Assembly: GCA_951812855.1 (NCBI GenBank)
Contig: OX638337.1
Location: 1,320,001-1,352,000 of the forward strand
Direction: 5' to 3'
From: an uncultured Lentisphaeria bacterium
GTDB taxonomy: Bacteria; Verrucomicrobiota; Lentisphaeria; JABSQK01; JAJFLO01
Length of the DNA stretch: 32,000 nucleotides
The first letter of the stretch is position 1. Every line of letters begins with the position of its first letter. Made by a program: the position numbers and the translations under genes. Shown here in pieces: positions 1 to 9,791 of the stretch. A model generated the notes under the pieces. The model did no database searches. It had not been told where the DNA came from and worked only from the letters and a program-made list of their open reading frames with translations.

Positions 1-124
1 AACCAACGCGCTTATTCTGGATTAGGTCAACATAACCTTCAAGAAAAACATCTACACCAAGTTTAACTGTCGAAGAATTTGCTGTGCTTAAAAGAATGAA
101 AAGAAGAAAAATACTGAATCGCAT
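1..124 (-). CDS. Partial CDS (N-terminus only, continues past window start): secreted DUF1343/NamZ-like protein
   Basis: ATG on the minus strand at 124. The translation is MRFSIFLLFILLSTANSSTVKLGVDVFLEGYVDLIQNKRVG: a signal-peptide-like start followed by the G-x-DV-x-LE ... KRVG opening typical of DUF1343 proteins. Only 41 codons are visible, so it falls below the ORF-track cutoff. Confidence 0.4.
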   Translation of the reverse strand, partial: MRFSIFLLFILLSTANSSTVKLGVDVFLEGYVDLIQNKRVG

Positions 125-338
125 AATTTCGATTGGGACTACTTTTTAAAATATCATATAAATTTTGGTTCAAAATAACAACTAAAACTGAGTTTTAGCC
201 GAGTTGTACTCAATCGTGATGAGGCGGCTTTAAGTTAAAGAAGATGTAAACAATCAGTTTAAATAAAATATTCTCAAAGGGATTATACTGAGTTGATCTG
301 TGTATTTATTATTTCAAATAACTGATAAATTAACTTTT

Positions 339-755
339 TTACGCGATAACCGGAACCCGAACCCTTTTGCCGTGCGGAGTAAATTTAGAACCGAATACGT
401 CATTAAAATCAAAAACATCATCAAAGTCTTCGACGGTATCTTCTTCCCGAGCACTGAGTAATTTAGCATCAATCATGTTAAAAACGATATTTCCAAAGTC
501 CCTGGTACAACGAATTCCCCACTCATCAAACATGTCAATTGCCACAGGTCCAAATTGATCAATGCTGTACTTCTGAATTCCATCCAGTAATTCACCTCCG
601 GTAACATGTCTCAATCCCTCTCCTTTATCTTTAAGAAGCTCGAGTGTGTAAGAAACTGCTTCCTGAATGAAGACATAGGCATCAAGGGAGTAGCGCGGAT
701 CATTTTCAATGATATTATTAAGAATGACAAGATAAGAATCTGATGTAATCATCAC
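339..755 (-). CDS. Conserved hypothetical protein, resembles the Minf_1886 family (PVC-group conserved protein)
   Basis: 138-aa ORF with an acidic C-terminal half. The sequence (LRHVTGGELLDGI...FGPVA...FDEWGI..T.DFGNIVFNMI) matches my recollection of the Minf_1886 family. The start is either GTG 755 or ATG 752, and both overlap the upstream HIT stop codon. Confidence 0.6.
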   Translation of the reverse strand: MMITSDSYLVILNNIIENDPRYSLDAYVFIQEAVSYTLELLKDKGEGLRHVTGGELLDGIQKYSIDQFGPVAIDMFDEWGIRCTRDFGNIVFNMIDAKLLSAREEDTVEDFDDVFDFNDVFGSKFTPHGKRVRVPVIA

Positions 756-1177
756 AACTTTTTATTTTTTAATCGGTTGACAATGTTATCGACCAATTCC
801 AGTTTCACATCGTCATTTTCATACTCCTTAGATCGCCACCCCCAGGAAAAACCATCTACGGGTGACCGGGGTATTATATGAAGATGTGAATGGAGGACGA
901 TTTGTCCGGCACATTGGCCGTTGGACAAATGCAGATTAAATCCATCTGCATCAGCTTCTCGAACAATAGCCTGTGCAATTATTGGAGCCATGATCATCAT
1001 TCGACTGAGTATTTCGGAGGGAACAGTTGTTATACTTGGATGGTGTTCATTTGGTATGATGAGTGCATGCCCGGGATTGATTGGTGCAATATCTAAAAAA
1101 CAGGTAACATGATCATCTTCAAACAATTTTTGCGACGGTAATTCTTCAGATACAATCTTACAGAAAATACAATTCAT
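752..1177 (-). CDS. HIT-family (histidine triad) nucleotide hydrolase
   Basis: N-terminal CIFCKI motif, and the histidine triad HSHLHIIP (HxHxHxx). Its ATG overlaps the rplU stop (ATGA, 1174-1177). Confidence 0.9.
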   Translation of the reverse strand: MNCIFCKIVSEELPSQKLFEDDHVTCFLDIAPINPGHALIIPNEHHPSITTVPSEILSRMMIMAPIIAQAIVREADADGFNLHLSNGQCAGQIVLHSHLHIIPRSPVDGFSWGWRSKEYENDDVKLELVDNIVNRLKNKKL

Positions 1178-1488
1178 GGTTTTTTAATTTCTTGAATCTT
1201 TATCCGTGATAAATTCTGTCTATGTCCCTGTTTTTTACGGTAACCTTTACGTCGTTTCATTTTGAAGACTGTGACTTTCTTTCCCTTGAAATCCTTTACA
1301 AGATCAGCTGTAACAACCGCTCCATCAATCATTGGAGTTCCAACTTCAATATTACCGCCATCTCCAATTGCTAAAACGTGATCGAAATTTACTTTGGATT
1401 CTTCAGCAGAATTCAATCGCTCAATATCCAAAACATCACCTTGTTGTACTCGGTATTGTTTACCGCCTGTTTCAATTACAGCATACAT
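1174..1488 (-). CDS. rplU: 50S ribosomal protein L21
   Basis: MYAVIETGGKQYRVQQGDVLDIE... is the canonical L21 N-terminus. Length is 104 aa, with a basic C-terminus. Confidence 0.95.
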   Translation of the reverse strand: MYAVIETGGKQYRVQQGDVLDIERLNSAEESKVNFDHVLAIGDGGNIEVGTPMIDGAVVTADLVKDFKGKKVTVFKMKRRKGYRKKQGHRQNLSRIKIQEIKKP

Positions 1489-1956
1489 AGTTATACCCCT
1501 TTCAAATTCGTAAATTTATTAAAAACAGCTTGTAAGATACCCGTATTTTCTGGACTATCAATGACTGAACCGCAGGGAATTTGAGGAATTTACATTATGA
1601 TTCAGATTCAGTCTGCAACTTTGGCTAACCCGTTTTCATCCGTCCATACTATTGGATTGTTTTCAATGTCTAACTGACACCATAATCCACTACTGTGTTT
1701 TGTATTATTTGACCGCGGAACATTAATATTGTGTGCAACAACAGCAATGATATTGTTGTCGACATAGTTTTTTCCTTGAATTTATTATTATAAAATCAAC
1801 AACCTTCAAAAACGTCCAACCTGATATTAGTCATGGATGAACTAATTTTGTTAACTGATGAGTTACTCCTGACAGCCGGTATCGTTACTCCCGAAAAACA
1901 TTCCCGGAAACAACATCCAAAGCAGGACTTATGAGTTTTAGATTGCCAAGATAAAA

Positions 1957-3093
1957 CTATGCCTTTGCATACTCCTCCAGATGAACAACATTTTTAGCGA
2001 TTAGAAAAATATCTTTCCCCATATTGTATTCTTTAAGATGAACAATCTTCTTACTTTGTTTTTTATTCAAAAACTTAGGTTGCATCAGCAGCGTTTTTCG
2101 AATACGGCGGCTGATACACTTAGGGACAAAATAGGGTTGAAGAATCTCTCTAATCCATTGTCGACATTCCTTATCAATATCCAGGCTGTTCTGTGTGAAC
2201 GTATCTTCCTTAATATCATGTACATGTTGATTCCAAAATGGTAATAACACTGCACAAAATCCGGTGACTCGAGAAGGGAAGGACTCACTGGATTTTATTT
2301 TTGCATCTCGGATTTTCAGTAATTTCTGGCTCTTTCGCCCTAATTTTGAATTCCAATTCAGTGCAATTCCCGGAAGCAAAAACTGTAAAATTCCAACTTG
2401 GTCGCACTGATTAAATATTGATGATGCGTATGGTTTTTTAAAAATTTTGAAAAGTTCTTCCAGAAGACGAACTCTTGAACTTAAATCCAATTTAGATGCG
2501 TTTATTTTTATTTCGGATTTAAGTTTACTTTCAAGCTTGAAACCGTATTGTCCTGCTAATTTACATGCACGCAGCATCCGAACCGGATCTTCCTCGATAC
2601 GAATTTTAGGGGATCCAATTACTCTTATTAAACCGTTGTCTAAATCCCGTTGCCCCCCGACTAAGTCAACAGTTTTTGACTTTTTCCCAAACGGATTATA
2701 GTAAATCGCGTTTATACTAAAATCCCGTCTATACGCATCTTCTTCCAATGTTCCGTAACTATTGTCACTCCAAACCATTAATCCTGAATCAGTTGGCCGG
2801 CTTTTGCGTTCTTCCAGTGTCGGAGCTTTACGAAATGTACTGACTTCAAAGAGTTCATTGCCTGAATAAACATGAACCAGCTTAAATCGTCTGCCAATAA
2901 TCCGGGCACACCGTCCAAACAATGCCTTTACCTGATGGGGATAAGCGTTTGTTGAAATATCATAGTCTTTTGGTGTTTGATCCAATAATAAATCGCGAAC
3001 TGCACCTCCGACAAGATAGGTTTCATATCCTTCATTTTTTAACTTTTTAATCAATTTCAGTGCATTTTTCGAAAGTTTTGAGTTTAGCGGCAT
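1957..3093 (-). CDS. pcnB: Poly(A) polymerase I-like / tRNA nucleotidyltransferase family protein
   Basis: YLVGGAVRDLLL..PKDYDISTNA nucleotidyltransferase motif. ARIIGRRFKLVHV...FEVSTFR, RRDFSINAIYY and EDPVRMLRA track E. coli PcnB closely. No HD domain. Confidence 0.8.
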   Translation of the reverse strand: MPLNSKLSKNALKLIKKLKNEGYETYLVGGAVRDLLLDQTPKDYDISTNAYPHQVKALFGRCARIIGRRFKLVHVYSGNELFEVSTFRKAPTLEERKSRPTDSGLMVWSDNSYGTLEEDAYRRDFSINAIYYNPFGKKSKTVDLVGGQRDLDNGLIRVIGSPKIRIEEDPVRMLRACKLAGQYGFKLESKLKSEIKINASKLDLSSRVRLLEELFKIFKKPYASSIFNQCDQVGILQFLLPGIALNWNSKLGRKSQKLLKIRDAKIKSSESFPSRVTGFCAVLLPFWNQHVHDIKEDTFTQNSLDIDKECRQWIREILQPYFVPKCISRRIRKTLLMQPKFLNKKQSKKIVHLKEYNMGKDIFLIAKNVVHLEEYAKA

Positions 3094-3313
3094 AATTCAG
3101 AATAAAACATTCAAACGTAAGTCTACTTAGGATTTAAGGGAGGGCAAAAATCTGCCTTGTAACAGGGAAAATGATTTTCAGTCATTTCGTGTGATTCTTT
3201 TTGGCAGCAGCCGTTTGAATCACAATTTTTCCATAACTGAATATCTATTTTCGTTTTCCGATTCAATTATTAACTGATAAGCAAAGCCTGTTGAATTGAA
3301 AAAACGATTCAAT

Positions 3314-4213
3314 CTATATTAATGACTTTGGAAGTTCCACATCGTTTTGAATACAACAACTCTTAACCGAATTGTACATGAGCATTGCAATCGTCATCGG
3401 GCCGACACCTCCGGGAACGGGAGTAATAAAGGATGCCTTTTCACATACATTTTCAAAGTCTGCATCCCCAATAAGCTTATATCCTTTCTTAGACTCCGGG
3501 GCGGAAACGCGATTAATACCAACATCAATAATGACAACGTTGTTTTTAACCATATCTGCACTGACAAAATTGGGTTTTCCAATTGCTGCAACAATGATAT
3601 CAGCTTCGGCTGATATCTTATCCAAACCAACAGTTCTGGAATGGCATATGGTCACAGTTGAATTCACTCGTTTACTTGATAACAATAAAGCCATCGGTTT
3701 ACCGACAATATTAGAACGACCTAAAACAACTGCATGCTTTCCTTCAGTGGGAATGTCATATCGTTTTAACAGTACGAGAATACCAGCCGGTGTACATGGG
3801 AGAAAACCCGTTTCATCACCAATCGTTAATTTTCCAACATTATAAGGGTTGAAACAATCGACGTCTTTAGATGGATCTATCGTTTCATTTATCAATTGTT
3901 CATCAATACCGGGAGGTGGCGGGGACTGAACTAAAATTCCATTGACGTCATTTCGAACATTTAATTCCCGAACCAGATTCAAAACTTCATCCTGAGATGC
4001 CGTTTCAGGTAATTCATACTTAAATGAATTTATTCCAAGTTCTTTTGCACGCTTAACTTTTGCATTGACATAAATTTGAGAAGCCGGATCATCACCAATG
4101 ATTACAACAGCTAATCCCGGATTCAGATTGTCTCTGGTTTTTAGAATTTCAACTTCATGCCGGATTTCAGAAAAAAGCTGAATGCTTATTTTTTTACCGT
4201 CAATTATTGGCAT
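3314..4213 (-). CDS. folD: Bifunctional 5,10-methylene-THF dehydrogenase / methenyl-THF cyclohydrolase
   Basis: IIDGKKIS start, PGLAVVIIGDDPASQIYV, GILVQSPPP, VVLGRSNIVGKPMALLL and TPVPGGVGPMTIAML are all FolD signatures. Confidence 0.95.
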   Translation of the reverse strand: MPIIDGKKISIQLFSEIRHEVEILKTRDNLNPGLAVVIIGDDPASQIYVNAKVKRAKELGINSFKYELPETASQDEVLNLVRELNVRNDVNGILVQSPPPPGIDEQLINETIDPSKDVDCFNPYNVGKLTIGDETGFLPCTPAGILVLLKRYDIPTEGKHAVVLGRSNIVGKPMALLLSSKRVNSTVTICHSRTVGLDKISAEADIIVAAIGKPNFVSADMVKNNVVIIDVGINRVSAPESKKGYKLIGDADFENVCEKASFITPVPGGVGPMTIAMLMYNSVKSCCIQNDVELPKSLI

Positions 4214-4599
4214 GTATTTTAGAATTTATTTTTTGTATATCGAGAAAACATTTTAAGAGAATATTCACATCAGTTGCTTATTTTCATTGATATGGTTATC
4301 ATACTGCCTACTTTATTGAAAGGGAAATCACATTGTTATATTTTCCTGCAGTCTATGATTTAAAACGGGATGAATTGGACAGTAACCTAAAACCGGGCAG
4401 GTATTCAATCTTACTCTGTTGACTTTGATTTCAAAATTTTTCATGTGGTCACACACATATCGCTTCATTAAATCAGACAAACGTATCCATTGCTGATTTT
4501 GAACATCAGATTATAATTTCTTTATTTATATGATGATTTGAAACATAAAGAGTTTGTACCAGATGATAAAATCTTAATAATAACTACGAATATAGGTGA

Positions 4600-5880
<1,281 letters not shown>

Positions 5881-5895
5881 ATTGGAGAATAAGAC

Positions 5896-6789
5896 ATGTT
5901 ACTTTATCGAGTGATAAGCGGGGCAATTTTCATATTCTTATTCATGTTAATCGTGTTCTGGGATTCCATCCTTGCATCTATAATTTTTCTCCTGATTTCA
6001 TTAGCAATTCTTGTATTGTCCATATTGGAATTTTTCTGTTTAACAAATAAACTTGACCTTTCCGGCTATCCCATATTAACCACAGCTGCCGGTGCAGCAT
6101 TAGTCAGTATTTTAGGTATCACGTCAATTACAGGGACTCTATCTCCGGGCGTGTGTGAAGATTTCGGCAACATGATTGTTTTTATCTATCTTGTATCGTT
6201 AATTATTTGTATTTTTAATGAAAAAGATTTCAGAAAGGGGTTTTATAATTTACTGGTATCGCTCGGTGGTTTTGTTTATCTCGTTTGGACATTACTGTTT
6301 TTAGGTAAAATTTACTATGCTTTTGACCTGCAGGTGACGAACAGCAGATATCTATTTTTATTATTGATCATTGTCACAAAAGCATCCGATATTGGTGGTT
6401 ATTTTGTCGGCAAATTTACAGCCAGACTAAATAACGGAAATCATAAAATGGTGCCTGAAATCAGCCCGAACAAAAGTTGGGAAGGCTTCGTTGGCGGAAT
6501 AATTCTAAGTATCTTCTCAGCGTTTGTTATGATCTACTGTTCATCAGGTCATTATTTAGTAAAATTTTCATTAAATAAAATGATTATTATTTCGGTTGTT
6601 CTGGGAATTTTATTAACGATTATCGGCCTTATCGGAGATCTGTCTGTATCTGTGTTAAAACGAGCAACTGCTGAAAAAGATTCGGGTGCTGTCATTCCCG
6701 GATTTGGCGGAATGCTTGATGTTGTCGACAGCCTGATTTTTGTTTCACCCTTCTTTTATTATTTTATCAAACTTGGGATTCGCTTATGA
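5896..6789 (+). CDS. cdsA: Phosphatidate cytidylyltransferase (CDP-diglyceride synthase)
   Basis: Polytopic membrane protein with SPNKSWEGFVGG and KR....KDSG..IPG.GGMLD..DS signature motifs. GGAGA Shine-Dalgarno site at 5884-5888. Confidence 0.9.
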   Translation: MLLYRVISGAIFIFLFMLIVFWDSILASIIFLLISLAILVLSILEFFCLTNKLDLSGYPILTTAAGAALVSILGITSITGTLSPGVCEDFGNMIVFIYLVSLIICIFNEKDFRKGFYNLLVSLGGFVYLVWTLLFLGKIYYAFDLQVTNSRYLFLLLIIVTKASDIGGYFVGKFTARLNNGNHKMVPEISPNKSWEGFVGGIILSIFSAFVMIYCSSGHYLVKFSLNKMIIISVVLGILLTIIGLIGDLSVSVLKRATAEKDSGAVIPGFGGMLDVVDSLIFVSPFFYYFIKLGIRL

Positions 6790-7733
6790 AACGGATCAAA
6801 CTATTGGTATTATTCGTACTATTTTCAGTGTGCCCGGGATTTAGTCAGATTTCTATTTCTATTTCATCAAGCCATAATCGGTATATAAATTTTGAACCGG
6901 TCCAGGTAAAAATCACATTGAGAAATTATAGTGGTCACTCACTAAATTTCGGGAACAATAAAAATGAGGGTGGCTATCTCAAATTCCACATTAAGAATAG
7001 CAATGGAAACGAAATTCGTGCCATTGAAAAAGATTTTAATCCGGTTTCAAATCTGGTGATTTCAGCAGGAATTGTAAAAACTATAACACTCTCGTTGACT
7101 GATTATTACCCTATTCAGGGACATGAGGATTTTGAGATTAAAGCACGTGTCGGTCATCGAAGACTGGCAAGAGATCAATTATCCAATCCTATTCATTTAC
7201 AGATTAGAAACGGTCGACAAATTTGGTCACGTACTGCCGGCATCCCCACAGCTCAGGATGAATCGATAATTCAAACACGAACATGCAGTCTAAATGTCTT
7301 TAGTATGCAACATGGCGATATTTTTTATCTAAAAATAGAAAATCAAGACTACGTTCAGTCAATTGTCCGGTTAGGCCCCAGAATAATAGGTATCCAGCCG
7401 GAATGTGATATCGATGCACTCAGTCGCATTCATACGCTTGTACAAACAGCCCCCCGATTATTTAAGCATAGAATATTCGACTTAAATGGTAAATTAATGC
7501 GGGAAACGACGTATATTTATGAATCCTCTCAACCCAAATTACTTCGCGATTCTGAATTTGGTACGATACAAGTTAACGGAGGGAAAATTGCTCAGGAAGG
7601 TATTGATTACAATATTAAAAAACCATCGGCCTCTACAGAGGAAATGCAAAAAAAGGATGTTGAGGGAAAGAAAACGAAATCAGATGAAGACGGTTTTTTC
7701 AAGCGTACCTTTAAACGCTTTTTCAAAGATTAA
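6786..7733 (+). CDS. Secreted hypothetical protein (signal peptide, beta-rich, Lys-rich C-terminal tail)
   Basis: 315-aa ORF. The ATG at 6786 overlaps the cdsA TGA (ATGA). N-terminal MKRIKLLVLFVLFSVCPGFSQ looks like a signal peptide. I recognise no family. Confidence 0.7.
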   Translation: MKRIKLLVLFVLFSVCPGFSQISISISSSHNRYINFEPVQVKITLRNYSGHSLNFGNNKNEGGYLKFHIKNSNGNEIRAIEKDFNPVSNLVISAGIVKTITLSLTDYYPIQGHEDFEIKARVGHRRLARDQLSNPIHLQIRNGRQIWSRTAGIPTAQDESIIQTRTCSLNVFSMQHGDIFYLKIENQDYVQSIVRLGPRIIGIQPECDIDALSRIHTLVQTAPRLFKHRIFDLNGKLMRETTYIYESSQPKLLRDSEFGTIQVNGGKIAQEGIDYNIKKPSASTEEMQKKDVEGKKTKSDEDGFFKRTFKRFFKD

Positions 7734-7777
7734 TTCAATAAGAAAAACCTTAATTATCTTATAAATTTCAGCTGAAA

Positions 7778-8620
7778 TCAGTCGGGCCGCAGCCGATCTG
7801 CCAATCTCTTAAAACTTTGATTCAAATCATACTCCAAAGGAACATTTATACCCAATTGTCCGATGATTAGACGATTATTATCTACTGTTCCTTTTAGAAT
7901 CCGCTTTGTCGCAAACTGCAGCCAGGGATAATGGCTCTGATGGTTCTCATCGAGTTTATTAAACCGATCGTTACTGATAATCTGGAGGTAATCGCGATCC
8001 GCAGATGAAAGAATAAAATCATCCGCGTCAGTTGCACCGGGGACTTCAATAAAAAATCGGGATAATGAATTTAATAATTTTTCATAAACAATTTCATTTT
8101 CAGGTTCACTGGAATTTTTTCCCAACATATAGTGTTCATTCGCATCAAATACACATTGAAATTTAGCATTATGCTTTACCAGGGTGAGTGTCAGCGTTAA
8201 TAATGGAGCCAGTGATGAAATCCCGTTTAAACAGGAATAACTGCGGCATACATTGGAACCGTCTATTACAAATCGCATGTGCCCAATTTGTTTTATTATT
8301 GTTGACTTTCTTAAATCAGGTTTCCTTTTACGCTTACGGTCTGCCATTGATTTTTCAATTGAACGTTCGTTTTTTTCACAGGCCGATTCAGTACACGTAT
8401 TATTGGACAATAATGTATCCATAGTTGGCATGTCATTTGTATTGACCGCAAAAAAACTCAGACTCTTATGTAATCTCTTTTTGGAACATATGTCAGCCGG
8501 ATCAGGATGTTCTATTCCTGATTTACTTCCAGCTTCTCCCAGTAACTCATCCATAGACGGCATATTATTGAGATCCAGCGGCAAGTTGTCATCACGTTGT
8601 ATTCCCTTTTTACTATTCAT
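7778..8620 (-). CDS. Zc3h12a/Regnase-like NYN (PIN-like) ribonuclease domain protein with a novel N-terminal region
   Basis: The C-terminal ~165 aa align by eye with the Regnase-1 NYN domain: RFVIDGSNV (vs VVIDGSNVA), GATDADDFIL (vs CYDDRFIV) and IISNDRFNKL (vs VVSNDTYRDL), so the acidic catalytic positions are kept. The N-terminal 114 aa are unrelated and carry a duplicated motif. Confidence 0.6.
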   Translation of the reverse strand: MNSKKGIQRDDNLPLDLNNMPSMDELLGEAGSKSGIEHPDPADICSKKRLHKSLSFFAVNTNDMPTMDTLLSNNTCTESACEKNERSIEKSMADRKRKRKPDLRKSTIIKQIGHMRFVIDGSNVCRSYSCLNGISSLAPLLTLTLTLVKHNAKFQCVFDANEHYMLGKNSSEPENEIVYEKLLNSLSRFFIEVPGATDADDFILSSADRDYLQIISNDRFNKLDENHQSHYPWLQFATKRILKGTVDNNRLIIGQLGINVPLEYDLNQSFKRLADRLRPD

Positions 8621-8753
8621 CGAAGCAGCAGACGCCTAATTAATTTTTTGAAGTTCTAGTTTAAAATGAGCCCGACTGACAAATTTGCAATCTATTGTCT
8701 CAGTACTAGACTATTGGGCAATAATTAACATTAACATTTATCAGGCAAGCAAT

Positions 8754-9791
8754 ATGGCTAAACTACAGCAATTATCTCCAGCACAAATTCCACAGACGCT
8801 AATTGGGCCCATAAAAATTATTACAGATGATTTTTCAGAGGATATTATGATTCCGCTTGCCACGTTTGAAACACCGTTGTGGCCATCCACAAACCGTGGT
8901 GCAAGAGTAACCTGTTTAGCAGGGGGCATATCTGCTACTGTTATCAGTGATAAGATGACTCGATCTATTTTACTGGAGGCACCGGATTCCCGATGTGCAA
9001 AAATTGTGATCGATGAAATCAGCAGGGATAGAGAATCGTTGGAAAATATAGTTATGTCATCAAGTCGATTTGCTAAATTATTAAATCTTCATTTCGAAAT
9101 CGTTGCAAACCTGATATACCTCCGTCTGGAGTTCTCAACGGGTGACGCATCCGGTCACAATATGGCAACATTAGCTGCAGAAAAGGTAATGAATTTCATA
9201 CTTGAAAAAAATGATTCCCTTAACTATCTATCATTGTCGGCGAATATATGTACTGACAAAAAAGTTTCTGCAATTAACGGAATTTTAGGCAGGGGAAAAC
9301 ATGTCATCGCTGAAGTTGTCATTCCTGCAAAACTGTGTTCCCGGCATTTAAAAACAACACCTGAAAAGGTTGTTGACCTAAATATTAAAAAAAACCTTTT
9401 GGGCTCAAATTTGGCCGGCAGTATACGCACAGGAAACGCTCATTTTGCAAATATCCTTCTCGCGTTTTATTTAGCGACCGGTCAAGACGCTGCAAATATT
9501 GTTGAAGGATCACAGGGTATCGTCCATACGGAAATTAGAAATAATGACCTTTATTTCTCAGTAACCCTGCCCAATATTATCGTTGGTTCAGTCGGCAACG
9601 GAAAGGAACTGGATTTCGTTAAAAAAAATCTGGATCAACTAGATTGTAATAATCCCCAAAATATTGGTAAGAATGCACAACGGCTGGCAATAATTGCTGC
9701 ATGCTCAGTATTATGCGGCGAATTATCATTACTTGCTTCACTGACAAATCCGGGAGACTTAATGAGAGCCCATACCAAATTGGAGCGATGA
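8754..9791 (+). CDS. Class-I-like hydroxymethylglutaryl-CoA reductase (compact, divergent)
   Basis: SSRFAKL, EFSTGDASGHNM (cf TGDAMGMNM), SANICTDKKVSAINGILGRGKHVIAEVVIP (cf [24 protein letters not shown]), GQDAANIVEGS, C-terminal GDLMRAHTKLER. The ORF track starts at TTG 8685; I prefer ATG 8754 (MAKLQQL...). Confidence 0.8.
   Translation: MAKLQQLSPAQIPQTLIGPIKIITDDFSEDIMIPLATFETPLWPSTNRGARVTCLAGGISATVISDKMTRSILLEAPDSRCAKIVIDEISRDRESLENIVMSSSRFAKLLNLHFEIVANLIYLRLEFSTGDASGHNMATLAAEKVMNFILEKNDSLNYLSLSANICTDKKVSAINGILGRGKHVIAEVVIPAKLCSRHLKTTPEKVVDLNIKKNLLGSNLAGSIRTGNAHFANILLAFYLATGQDAANIVEGSQGIVHTEIRNNDLYFSVTLPNIIVGSVGNGKELDFVKKNLDQLDCNNPQNIGKNAQRLAIIAACSVLCGELSLLASLTNPGDLMRAHTKLER

Noticed and set aside
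3372-3845. 157-aa plus-strand ORF inside folD
   Set aside because: It is antisense to a very clearly conserved folD. This is a typical shadow ORF.
7765-7778. Perfect 14-bp palindrome ATTTCAGCTGAAAT between convergent genes, considered as a bidirectional terminator
   Set aside because: It has no loop, is AT-rich and lacks a flanking U-run. It also overlaps the stop codon of the NYN gene. This is insufficient for a terminator call.
8253-8639. 128-aa plus-strand ORF opposite the NYN RNase gene
   Set aside because: The minus-strand frame carries the NYN catalytic motifs. The plus frame has none and no SD site.
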